From NCBI GenBank assembly GCA_950097015.1, contig CATNEN010000005.1, positions 3,224,001-3,288,000 on the forward strand: a stretch of 64,000 nt of DNA, in the 5' to 3' direction. This DNA comes from Macrostomum hystrix (lineage: Eukaryota > Animalia > Platyhelminthes). The notes under the pieces were generated by a model. It made no database searches. It was not told where the DNA came from and was given only the letters and a program-made list of their open reading frames with translations. A program made the position numbers and the translations under genes. Shown here piece by piece: positions 34,901 to 46,778 of this stretch (its first letter is position 1; every line of letters starts with the position of its first letter).

Positions 34901-37121
34901 TTCCCTAATCTTAAATTCCTAAATCCCTAAATCTTAAATCCCTGTCTTTCTCACTTTGATTTCTTAATCTCATCTTGTGATGTTAGTCTGTGATTTGAGA
35001 ACATACCCTCGTATAGTTCCTATACTCATTCTGTCAGGTCAGTATTCATTGCTTAACAATGTTTCTCATTGCAATTTTTTTGTTTTAACGGAAGTCGGAG
35101 GGTTGCAGCAGTTGAAAGGTGTTTCTAGATCAAATATTACACCACAGAGTCACCTAATATTTACATGGCAAGCATTATAGGACAGGTCATTGTGTCAGTA
35201 TTTTTCATCTACACGTATTTTGCCAAACAAAGACCTATAAAATCGTCCAATTCACAACCTCACAGACTACGATTCCAACCGAGAGTGCGTCAACTGCGGC
35301 GTCAGTGCGACACCGCTATGGCGCCGAGACGAGACTGGCCACTACCTGTGCAATGCGTGCGGACTGTACACCAAGTCTAACGGACTGCAGAGACCTATTG
35401 CTAGGTCTCCGGCAAAGAGATCAGTGAGTGAATGGAATAATTACCCGATGAGAGTGTCTAACAGTTTTAGAATAGTGTCTAACAGTTTTAGAATAGTGTC
35501 TAACAGTTTTAGAATAGTGTCTAACAGTTTTAGAATAGTGTCTAACAGTTTATAATAGTGTCTAACAGTTTTAAAATAGTGTCTAACAGTTTTAGAATAG
35601 TGTCTAACAGTTTTAGAATAGTGTCTAACAGTTTAAGAATAGTGTTTGACGTTTTAGAATCGAGTCTAACAGTTTTGGAATAGTGTCTAACAGTTTTAGA
35701 ATAGTGTCTAACAGTTTATAATAGTCTCTAACAGTTTTATAATATTATTTATCTGTTTTAGAATAGTGTTTCAGAGTTTTAGAATCGATTCTAACCGTTT
35801 CGAATAGTGTCTAACAGTTCATAGAACATGCCTAACAGTTCATAGAACATGTCTAACAATTCATAGAACATGTCTAACAGTTCATAGAACATGACAAACA
35901 GTTCATAGAACATGACTAACAGTTCATAGAACATGCCTAACAGTTCATAGAACATGTCTAACAGTTCATAGAACATGCCTAACAGTACATAGAACATGAC
36001 TAACAGTTCATAGAACATGCCAACAGTACATAGAACATGCCTAACAGTTCATAGAAGCAAATTAACCATCGCAATCCAAACATGAAACTACAGTCGGCCA
36101 CAGCATCCGCCACAACAGCTGGCAGCGGCATCGGCGGTGGTGCAAGCGGCATCGGTAGCGGCTCTTCTGGCGGTGCTGCAGCTGCCGGTGGCGGCGGCAG
36201 CGGCGGCGGCAGCACCAACAGTGCCGCCAACAAGCGCATTGGTCAGGTTTGCAGCAATTGTCAGACAACTCAGACCACTCTATGGCGAAGGAACAACGAC
36301 GGCGAGTCGGTGTGCAACGCCTGCGGCTTGTACTTTAAACTGCACAAGGTTGGTTGCTGAAGCTTGATGGAAACGAAAATTCAGAGATATTTTTCTCTCA
36401 ATTGAGCTCGTAGTTTAGCGGCTACTTATTGCACTACTTTAGCCAGTAGTTAGTATCGATTTTTAGAGAAATTTAAAGAAAACTAACTTAATTAATATCT
36501 GGTGTTGTAGAATTAGATCTTTTCTAGAGACAATGATGTTCGAGTTAGTTCAGGTGTCTGAGTACACGATACAGATGTTTGAGCAGACCATAGACGTAGT
36601 GTCTGAGTAGTCAGGTGGTGTCGGAGTAGTCAGGTGGTGTCGGAGTAGTCAGGTGGTGTCGGAGTAGTCAGGTGGTGTCGGAGTAGTCACAGGTGGTGTC
36701 TGAGTAGTCACAGGTGGTGTCTGAGTAGTCAGGTGGTGTCGGAGTAGTCAGGTGGTGTCGGAGTAGTCACAGGTGGTGTCGGAGTAGTCACAGGTGGGTT
36801 CCTCGCAGAAGCGTCATGAGCAGAGCCGTTAGGGAAATCCAACAAATTTTCTCTGCCAATCAGATCCAACGGCCGCTAACAATGAAGAAAGAGGGCATCC
36901 AGAAACGGAAACGCAAAAGCAAAGCAACGGCTGGTGGCAGCAGCGGCGGAGGTGGCAGCGGCGGCGGCACAGTGCTCAGCGTCCCGAAGATGTCAGTGGC
37001 GCAGATCAACATGCTGCCTGAGCACATGAATCCTTATTCGGCGCATCCAGTTGGCATGTACCAGCTGAACGCGGCAGTCAGCCAGGATCTTCAGTCTTTG
37101 CCAGTGCCCTCTAGTGACTGA
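29408..37121 (+). CDS. Double-finger GATA transcription factor (GATA-B, GATA4/5/6-like), join(29408..29410,30688..31173,31838..32408,35266..35423,36094..36348,36864..37121), 576 aa
   Basis: N-finger [29 protein letters not shown] and C-finger [32 protein letters not shown]|[18 protein letters not shown]. All junctions are GT-AG and phase-consistent. The ATG-only first exon (ATG|GTAAGT) is inferred, and class assignment rests on the GE.VC and RKRK motifs only. Confidence 0.88.
32495..33662 (+). repeat. 20-bp minisatellite (agtggagtggagtagatcac) in GATA-B intron 3
   Basis: About 58 units, with some 15-bp deletion variants. Confidence 0.95.
34455..34925 (+). repeat. 41-bp minisatellite in GATA-B intron 3
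   Basis: Tandem aatctcaaatcccattccatcccactctgatcctattccc-type units with 41-bp period. Confidence 0.92.
35455..36055 (+). repeat. Two adjacent related 21-bp minisatellites filling GATA-B intron 4
   Basis: tagtgtctaacagttttagaa (35455-35790) followed by tctaacagttcatagaacatg (35800-36055). Confidence 0.92.
36595..36797 (+). repeat. 20/22-bp minisatellite in GATA-B intron 5
   Basis: Tandem caggtggtgtcggagtagt(ca) units. Confidence 0.9.
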
Positions 37122-37344
37122 GAATGAAGTTCTATTTCATTGTTTAAATTGTTTTTTTCTGTCTGCTTCTTGTTGCTGTCCCCAACTCTCTTCTTTGCAA
37201 ATTTTCCATCAAAATTTTTTGTTTTATTATCTTAGTTTCATTTTGCTTATTCAGCGTGTTGTGAATGATCTTTCCTGTACATGCGGGCACATTCCCAAAT
37301 TTCAATAAGGATTTGATACAATATGATACAAGTGTAGAAGGCCT

Positions 37345-37700
37345 TTAAAATCCCATTCTTTCCCACTCTGATCCTAATCCCAAATCTCAAATCCCATTCC
37401 ATCCCACTCTGATCCTAATCCCAAATCTCAAATCCCATTCCATCCCACTCTGATCCTAATCCCAAATCTCAAATCCCATTCCATCCCACTCTGTTCCTAT
37501 TCCCAAATCTCAAATCCCATTCTATCCCACTCTGATCCTAATCCCAAATCTCAAATCCCATTCCATCCCACTCTGATCCTAATCCCAAATCTCAAATCCC
37601 ATTCCATCCCACTCTGTTCCTATTCCCAAATCTCAAATCCCATTCTATCCCACTCTGATCCTAATCCCAAATCTCAAATCCCATTCCATCCCACTCTGAT
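37345..37700 (+). repeat. 41-bp minisatellite, same family as 34455-34925
   Basis: Tandem caaatctcaaatcccattccatcccactctgatcctaatcc units. Confidence 0.92.
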
Positions 37701-38464
37701 TTCACAGATTATCAGAAGACAATTTTCCAATATTCAATTGATTTTAAATCCGTTAAAGTATTGCATGACCTTGGAGTAGATATCACATAATTCTCAGAAA
37801 ATGCAACCCTAACTAATGTCTTTTATATCCCCGTTACTCTTTTTACTCAAAATTCCTTAAATTTCCTCTAGTGAAATTAAATACTGTTTTTAAAGTTGTT
37901 TTGAAAATAGAAAATATATGCACAGTGCCTACTTCACTTAGTAGTATATATATTGTTACTTTCTCTTTAGTGTAGAATCTGTCAATTTGTCGGCGCAATA
38001 AATTGTTTTCATTGTGTTTCAATGTTGTTTTACCATGCGCGATTTCTGTTTAAAATTACAAAAGCAAATAAAAAGCACACTAAATAAGATTTGTTTGTTT
38101 TATTTCAAAAGTGGCCTCTTTATGGCACTTTTTATTGCCTACTTGAAAAATATTTTTGACAGGTTTTTTTAACGCTCTGTGTTCATTACGAGAATTTATC
38201 CGCTTACTAAAACATACTACTGCTGCTGTTGTCCATAAGTAGCGAGTGCGGTGTGTGGTCTGGCAGCAATGTTGAATAGTTAAATAACACGAGCTAGTAA
38301 CTCTTATTGTCTACCAGATTTTAGGTATGCTATTAAACTATTAAAATATGCAGTCCGAATATTATTCTGATATTTAAATATTTGTTAAATATCGAAAACA
38401 TTTTGGGTCAGCAAAAACTATTCCACTCTTTAGCGCTAAGAAAATTATTTCTAGCAGTGAAGAC

Positions 38465-38935
38465 AGGGGAAGCTGGATAAGGAGAGGGGAAGCTGGATGA
38501 GGAGAGGGGAAGCTGGATGAGGAGAGGGGAAGCTGGATAAGGAGAGGGGAAGCTGGATGTGGAGAGGGTAAAATAGAAGAGAAGAGGGGAGAAAGAAGAG
38601 GAAGGGAATGCTGAAGAAGAGGAAGGGAAGGCTGAACAAGAGGAAGGGAATGCTGAAGAAGAGGAAGGGGAAGCTGAAGAAGAGGAAGGGAAGGCTGAAG
38701 AAGAGGAAGGGAATGCTGAAGAAGAGGAAGGGAATGCTGAAGAAGAGGAAGGGAAGGCTGAAGAAAAGGAAGGGAATGCTGAAGAAGAGGAAGGGAATGC
38801 TGAAGAAGAGGAAGGGAATGCTGAAGAAGAGGAAGGGAAGGCTGAAGAAGAGGAAGGGAATGCTGAAGAAGAGGAAGGGAATGCTGAAGAAGAGGAAGGG
38901 GAAGCTGAAGAAGAGGAAGGGGAAGCTGAAGAAGA
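38465..38935 (+). repeat. Purine-rich 20- and 21-bp minisatellites downstream of the GPCR stop
   Basis: ggggaagctggatgaggaga units followed by gaagaagaggaagggaatgct units. Confidence 0.92.
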
Positions 38936-38972
38936 GCGTGAGTAAGTCGCGCTTGTCTCTGATCCCCAATCC

Positions 38973-40040
38973 CTAATCCTCAGCTGCAGCGGCAGCCGCA
39001 ATGGGCCGCATCTCTCTCTGCTCATTGGCATTCCTGGCTGCGCCAGCGGTGCTGCCGACTGTTTCCGTCTGGCTGGCTGGGGAGCCGCCTTGACCGCCGC
39101 CGCAGCACAGTCCGAACACGAAGCGGCGAAACTGCGGCATGAAAACCAGATAGATGAAGGGGTTCACTGCGCTGTTCATGCTGACCATGAACGAGTCGAG
39201 GAGCTCCAAGAGTTCGATGCGGCTCTCGTCGATGCCCAGGTTGAACTTCAGGTAGTTGACACTGTCCATGGCGAATAGCAGCACGAATGCACAAGAGGTG
39301 ATGGCGGTGATGAAGGTCAACCTGAGCGCCGCAGAGCCAATCTTGCCGCCCTCAGCGCTGCTCGACTTGGCGTTCAGGCTTAGCGAGGCCCGGATGCGCA
39401 GCAAGATGAGGCTGTACAGGAGCAGCATGATGAAGAATGGCAGCATCCAGAACAGGATCACGTAGGATATGCCGAAGGCGCTCTTCATACTAGTCGGCGC
39501 GTCGCCGAAGACGCATCGTTTCAAGCCGGGAATACTAGAATTTGTGTCCGAGCCGTTGGCCGCCGCAATACCGTCCTTCACGTACTTGTTGATCACGATG
39601 CAGTAGGGAAACTCCACGATGAAGGCCGAGGCGACGATCACGGCGAGGCAGCCGCGCAGAATGCCAGTCTTGTGCTCGCGGTACCAGAAGGGAGCGCACA
39701 GGCAGAGGCAGCGCTCGGCTGACACCATCACCAGGTTGTAGACGCTCATGCATACGAAGCTCCAGTACAGGATCTGGCTGAATGGTACGTAGCAGTAAAA
39801 GTACCACATGGCATCGGAGCTCTCCTGACTCGGTTCTGGCATCTTGCCCAGGTATTGCAGGAATAACAGGTTGAAAATCATCACCCAGGTGTCAATCATT
39901 GCCTGACTCCGCAGTAGAATTGTCGTGGAACTGGTACCAATCTTCTCCTTGAGGGTAAAGCAGACAAAAATTAAATTGACCACAATGCCCAAGCCTTGGC
40001 CAACAGTCTGAGCTATTAGGAACTGCGCTTTCAAGTCCAT
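38973..40040 (-). CDS. Class A (rhodopsin-family) GPCR, peptide-receptor-like, single coding exon
   Basis: Seven hydrophobic segments; TM1 GIVVN, TM2 AMID, TM3 SAERC (DRY variant), TM5 WMLPF, TM7 NSAVNPFIY followed by helix 8 FRRF. First ATG at 40040. Confidence 0.92.
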   Translation of the reverse strand: MDLKAQFLIAQTVGQGLGIVVNLIFVCFTLKEKIGTSSTTILLRSQAMIDTWVMIFNLLFLQYLGKMPEPSQESSDAMWYFYCYVPFSQILYWSFVCMSVYNLVMVSAERCLCLCAPFWYREHKTGILRGCLAVIVASAFIVEFPYCIVINKYVKDGIAAANGSDTNSSIPGLKRCVFGDAPTSMKSAFGISYVILFWMLPFFIMLLLYSLILLRIRASLSLNAKSSSAEGGKIGSAALRLTFITAITSCAFVLLFAMDSVNYLKFNLGIDESRIELLELLDSFMVSMNSAVNPFIYLVFMPQFRRFVFGLCCGGGQGGSPASQTETVGSTAGAARNANEQREMRPIAAAAAAED

Positions 40041-42415
40041 TGTGCAGACTTGGGACTGCTGGCTGCTACACAATGGCGTCGGACTCTCGGATTTGGTGCC
40101 AATGATCTACGATTTGTTGAATTGGAAGTTTTTTGCAATCAATTTAAAAAATAGAAAGAAACATAAAGAAACTCACCTTCACAGACTTGATTCGTTTAAA
40201 CTCCTAGGTAAGCTCAAATGTAAACTATTTTAAAAGTCGATTTCCAGATGGCTGCAGAGTAAATAAGTTCTAGTTTTCAGTCAAAAGAATCGAAATAGAC
40301 AAACAGATGCAGCCCGATTTTTATAGTGCCAGTGGCATTGACTTTTGATTCAAGCTCGTAGATTGACATGAAAAGCGCTTTGATGAAGATTCTATGCCAC
40401 AAAAAGATCCACTTTGTTTTTGAAAGATGCTCTACAGTTCTTGAGTGACAACGGCTTTGATAATGATCTACAAAGCATCCGGTAAATACAAAGAAGTTTC
40501 ATATTCATGAAAAAGGTTTTGATTGAAACTTATGTGAAGTAACCCTCTGTGACAGGTGTCAAGTCGAAAGTAGAAGTCGAGTCGTGTTGGAGAACACAAA
40601 AATGGGATATTGTTATTCCTCATAGCTTTGTGTGAAACTGACAGGTATAGGTTTTGTCTTCTACTGCCAAGCATCAAACTTTGACATTTAACTTTCCCTG
40701 CCGCATCTGCTGTTCAACTAAGAAGTTTTACCTGTGGATTCGCTGAAACAGTAATCTGCATGGCTAACTATCGAGAGCTAAACCAGCCAACCAAAACCTG
40801 TTCCCGCCGCCTTCAACGCTGCCATTTCGGGTCTATTTTTAGTTGGCAAATGCAAGGAGACAGAAAGGCCGCACACTGAGTGCTCAAAGCACTCGAGCAC
40901 TCGGCCAAAAGTGTGGTGAAGGAGCAGCCAATTTAATTTAGAGCAATAAAAAAGCTGCCTACAATTGTGCATAAACGATAGATGGTAGAAAAAGGGGCAA
41001 TAAAACTGCTGGGACTAGTCGTCTCTGCTGGACCACTGTTAAGCGCCTGTACGGGAGTGCAAAATTTGTTCAAACACTTCACATTAATATTATATTATGC
41101 ACGCTGTTTTACATATGTGCTCGAAAATTACATCACAAAAAGTCGTTTTAGTAGAGTAGTACCTTATAATAGACAAGGGGTCGATCTAAATGGTCTCAGT
41201 AAGAGAAGTTTAATTTTTGTTTCTTTGACGGGCAGTGCAGGTTTCGCCACTTGAAATTGAACTAATGGCGCCAATTGTAGGGCCACTTGAAACGTTTGAG
41301 CTATGCTCATACTTCTAGCGCCATTTTTAGCGCCACTTCTAGCATCAATTCTCGCACCTTTTCTACCAGTCGATTATTACAAAAGCTAGGCCCACCATAC
41401 TATCGCAGAAGCACAATGCGAGCGTACGCCCACCCGAATTTTGCAAGAATCGGTCATTCTGGTGTAAAAAACCCATAAATAGGCCAATGACTCATTCACA
41501 GGCCTTTAATACCAGTTCTGACTACCAGAGCCATTCTCTTCATTCTCTAATTTTAGAATGAGGTGGAGATGGAGACACACGGCAAGCGAGCGAGCAGTCA
41601 GTTCCGCTGACGTTTAGGGAGGGTAGACGTTTTGGGGTGAGCATTTGTGCAATTACAATTGGCACAATGCTCACTAACTTGCGCCGTTTATTGTTGGTGA
41701 ATATCAAGCAAATGAGCGAATCTCATTGCCTTTAAGAAACTTCTATCTCTGGCCGTATATATATAGGTCTTCATGCCAGGTCTATATATAAATGACTAAA
41801 CACCCATGCGGGACATGTGATATCAGCCACCCACTGAGCAGCCACCTACAGCACTGCATCAACAGCAACTCTACAAAAGTGTCATTTCATCATGCTGGAC
41901 TCATTATGTTTAAAGTTTAAATCGTGGCGCGGCATGCCAGGTCTTCCCAGACGGGTGCACGACTGCGATTCGGAATGCAAGCACTTTCACGGATTCGGGT
42001 CTAATGGTAATTATGGCGATATCATTTTCTTTCATTCGTAAAGCATTTAAGGTGCGAAAAACACAATGCTATAAAATACTTTTTCTGATTTATTTGCATC
42101 GCACTCGTTAAGATGCAGTCAACCGTCGCAATTGACAAATGGCTGCAGCTGCAATAGACACGCTATTTTCTACAGTCTACAAACTGTTTACGCAAAGATT
42201 CCCACCCCGTTCAAGCCACTCTAGCTCAAAACGGATCATTTCTATAATAGTTTTGGTAGACGACCCTACAAGTAGCTGTGAAATTGTTTACCAGTGGATA
42301 ACTACGAAACAAATTACTTTGCTAAGCACTCACATAATAAACACTCGAAAACCAAATTATTCACACTCCACAACCAGCAGTTCGCGGTTTCGCAGTTGGA
42401 CCCAGATGCCAAATA

Positions 42416-43570
42416 ATGCTCAAGCTGCTTTTGCTGACGGCCGTCTTTACGCTGCTTCTCTTTCTGATTGACACTCCTGGACAGTCAAAGCAGCTCATGC
42501 CGCATTTATCCCACGAGACTGCGTACGATGCCAGCATCACAGCCATGGCAGTGTCGACCGCCCAGCCAGTCAGGGCGCCACCGCCACCTCCGGTGAGCGG
42601 ACTGCCATGTCGAGAGCTGCCCGAGCAATTCCCGGACTCCATTCCGCCGATCGTGCACTGGACCACCAAGGATGGCCGAGTGCACAAGCTTCTAGTCGAC
42701 AATGTCAAATCGTGGCTACTTCTGCGAAACCAAACCGCCAGGAACTCAACACTGAAGTGGTACTTCATGCACTGGGATGACTTACAAATCAAGCAGCTAG
42801 TCGCGAAGCACTACCCAGTGCTGAGCAAGAGCTACTCAAAGCTGGCAAACGGTCTCGAGAGATCCGACATCGGACGGCTGGCCGTGCTGCACCACGTCGG
42901 CGGTGTGTACGTCGACCTGGACGTCGAGCTGAGACGGGATCTCACGCCGTTCCTCATGCCTGAGGATCAACCAAGCGACGACGAAGCCTCAGCCAAGTCC
43001 ACGAAGTCGACCGGTTGTCGATCAGCTCTGTGGAGTCAGGAGCCTCCGGAACACGCCGAGTTCATATTCAACAGACGTTGGATGATTTCGAATGCGGTCA
43101 TGATGAGCAGAGCGAATCACAGCTTCCTGGAATATGTGCTCAGCAGCTGGCCCGCCTGGTTCGAGGCCAACTGGGCGAACAAGTCCAGAACCCACAGCCA
43201 GGCTGTGTTTGTGACAGGTCCGATAATGCTGCAGACATTCTACGACAAGTACGCAGCGCTGAACAAGACCGATCGTCCTGACGACTGGTGCGACAGCATG
43301 GTGGCAGAGCCGGAACTGTTCCAGCCAATCATGGATAACAATTTCATAGCATCTCATTTGGTTCGAGGTTGCGCAAATATTGAGAAGCTGTCTGAGAGCG
43401 GACAGGCTCAATGTCGAGATGCACTATGCGCGAACTTCAAGAACAGAGAGATTCCGAGCACAGCTTACACAATACACCACTTCATGCACCTCAGCTACAC
43501 GAACAATATGAAGCTGGACGATTCCCAGTGCATCAGGCGACTCCTGCCTGTTCTTAAGTGTAAAATTTAG
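42416..43570 (+). CDS. GT32-family (DXD sugar-binding, Och1/Sur1-like) type II membrane glycosyltransferase, paralog 1
   Basis: N-terminal signal anchor, Pro-rich stem, IPPIVHWTTK, ERSDIGRL...GGVYVDLD and TGP motifs. No introns in the ORF. Confidence 0.9.
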   Translation: MLKLLLLTAVFTLLLFLIDTPGQSKQLMPHLSHETAYDASITAMAVSTAQPVRAPPPPPVSGLPCRELPEQFPDSIPPIVHWTTKDGRVHKLLVDNVKSWLLLRNQTARNSTLKWYFMHWDDLQIKQLVAKHYPVLSKSYSKLANGLERSDIGRLAVLHHVGGVYVDLDVELRRDLTPFLMPEDQPSDDEASAKSTKSTGCRSALWSQEPPEHAEFIFNRRWMISNAVMMSRANHSFLEYVLSSWPAWFEANWANKSRTHSQAVFVTGPIMLQTFYDKYAALNKTDRPDDWCDSMVAEPELFQPIMDNNFIASHLVRGCANIEKLSESGQAQCRDALCANFKNREIPSTAYTIHHFMHLSYTNNMKLDDSQCIRRLLPVLKCKI

Positions 43571-46500
43571 ACAGAATCCCACTGAAATGAGTTGTTTACT
43601 TTGTATGTGTGTATTGAACATATTACAAGTAGGCGTTGACATTGCCAAATAAAATAACTCAAGTCCGGGTAATTGTTATCCCTAAGAGGCCACATTTTAG
43701 GTCAAGTTTGCAGTGAGTTATACTGTTGTAAAATTGTGTTTTGCTTTTTTTGCAGTTTTGTTCTTGTTTTCATATGTTTCTTGTCCTCAAAAGTCAACAT
43801 CAAGGTTAGGCTTCTCAGTGAAACAGACTGCTTGAATTATGAAGATGTAGATATGAAATCTGATTAAACAAGAAATAAATGATTTAACTATTATGTGTTA
43901 GTTATTTCATGGACTTGCCATTCATATAGGCAAGTAAAAGATCAAACAGTAGGTGCTGGGCCTGGCGCAGCACATCCTATCATAGCTATGGCATCACGCG
44001 GTCACCCCCAGCTGGAGATTAGGGAGGCCGCAGCCCCACTCGCCCATGGCAGCCCATTCGAGTCGCGAATTCCACCAACGGATTCTTCTTCCGACTTGAA
44101 TAACTGACTTGCTTATAATTAGATGAAGTGGAGTGCAGCATAAAGTATAATTATTCTGGTATTATGATTTATTTGTCCCACTTAATATCACTATTATTTG
44201 GTCTCCATTAACTTTACAGCTCGTGTTTTATATTATATGTTTAACTTTTAGGAGCTTAACCTTTTATTGATTGTTTGCTTATCGAAGAACGAAAACTAGA
44301 AGAAGTGTTTTGCTTAAAGGCTAAACGAAAGTGCAATAAGAATGCAAGTATGTTTAACTTGTCGTCATGAATCAAGAAAAACTAGTTATGAACAGAAAAA
44401 AAAGTTATACTGAGCAAGTTTATTAATACTCGTTATTATTGCATATTTACTATTTTTAGTATATTGAAAAAGTTACGTGCATACGTGCATAATGCGCAAT
44501 TATTAAAATACTAATTTTCGTAGAATTATAGTGTGCTTATATCTAAAATTTAAAAGTGGGCACAAATTATAATTGATATACAAATCGAAAAATGAGGAAA
44601 AAGTAAAGTAACACACTGATAAGCTTCAGACGCTAGCATCGTCATGAATTTTCAAGTTGAAAATGAGCTAAATTAATTCTTTTTATTTTTCGGGTTTAGT
44701 GTAGTCAAACACTTTCTTTCGATTTTAAAACAGAAAGTAACATAAAAAATTTTAAGAAGTTTGATTAAAATCGAAAAAATATTACTTTTGCTAGTTTTTA
44801 TAAACTCTCGTTACAAAACTAACTGCAAAGTACATTAAAAACTATCGTGGTGATATAATTTAAGCAGATAATTTTCTCCATGGCATTAGGTGTGAATTAG
44901 TTTTAAATCTAACGCAATACATTTTACAATCAAAAGAACTGAAGAAACCTTTCCTGAGAGAAATCTCTATCTGCTTCACAACTCTTTAAGTAACTTGAAA
45001 CTGAGAAAGTTGCCACCCTTGATCACTCATTATATTATTGCACTGCTTAGGGCATTAAAAAAAACTCGCTATGTTTCGTTGGCTATCAAAGTTAAAACTG
45101 GATTTAACTGGCCTGCCAAGCCGTTCGGAAATTTTCGGACATAGTAAGTGGATATTAATACAGTTATATATTAATTAATTGTGTGCAATTTCAGCTACTC
45201 TTTGTATAATTTCTTCGTTTGACGTTTTGTCATTTTTTAATTCAGTCATTTCATGAGCATATAAAATAGAAACTTCATAAATTTGGTATTCCCCATCACA
45301 ATTGAAATTTTTTTCTGATTTATTTACGAATAATGTTTTAATCTGGTCTGTAATTACAGACATTGTTGCGTCAGGTTGGTCATACAGGACTTTCGTCAGG
45401 TTGGTCATACAGGCTACGGCACATGGCCCAACACATACCGCCCATTTTCAGCAGCAATAAACCCTAAACAACAAGACTTGACCTGATCGTCATGTCATGA
45501 TTGGGTCAATGTCAAGCCATGACCAGTTCCCCTGGCTACGCTACCGATTACAGCAACTAAAAAAAGAAGTTGTGCTCTTTGAAAATAACTGTACATACTC
45601 GACCATTGAATTACGGTATGTACAATTACTTAATTGATGCTCGAGCTGGTAAATAGATAGGTATAATTTCGCATGGGGGTAGTTTGGTAAGATGTATACC
45701 CGACAAAAAAGAAGTAAATGCTTTGGAAAACGTACTAGAATGAAACATACACGTATTTGTGTACCCACTTGCTGTGGCTGCAGATATACTGCAGCTAGTG
45801 GGGAAATTTCAATTGCTTCTGAAGCGGCAGAAACAAACACTTGTAGAAAATTCTAGCCTTTCCTGCATCCGATGCTGTTTGAAACAAAGGTCCTATCTTT
45901 TACACAGCTGCAAAATAAATATTGTCTATATAATGGATTGAAGCATTATAAAAGAAATCTAGCTGCTAATTTCCACTTCAGAAAGGCAAATTGAGCTCGA
46001 TAAACTCCAGAATTATTGCATGAGCACATTGAAAAAAAAAGCACAGCTGCATTTCCGACTGCACAGCGTAAATAAAAATATACCCTGGCATGCATGGCTG
46101 GCGTGCGGCTTTATTTGCTTTTTCTCTTCTCTCTCTTCCTGCATTGTCCACAAGCGTGATACTGAAAGCTGTGAATTTATGTGGCTTTGAATAGATCTTC
46201 TATGACTCTGTATTACTTTCCCTATTATGGCCATGCAGTTGAAGTGAAAAAACCAAACAGCATGAAATGCCACCATTCACATGTATAACGAAGTATATCC
46301 GAGTCTTGACCATGACTGTCCTAAAGAAGCAGCTTGCCTTGCCAAGAACTGATACAATTCCATTGTTGCTTCTGGAGCTCTCCTAGTAGAAGTTGGCGTA
46401 ACTTATAGTTGAGTCTATAAGGTGTGCCTGCTGACGGAGTGGTTAAGTGTATTTTATACCGATTGCGTGACAAGAAGGTCAAAATTTCGCACTCCGTCCC

Positions 46501-46778
46501 GACAGATCTCGCGGTATTGGAACAGAGAATACATCTGTAGGATTAAATACATTGCTGGCATAGAGTTGCGTGCATATATAGCTCCGTTACAGTCAGATTG
46601 AAATGCTTCTAAAAAAATATAATAGAGCAAGTCGAAATAAAGTAATTTTCATCATGAGGTGACGATAATTTGACTTCAAACGTACAATTTAATTAAAACT
46701 TCAACTCGAAGGCACAGATCAATTTACCTCACGATTCAAAACATTTTCTAATTTTCAGTTCGATTCCAGCGACAGAAA

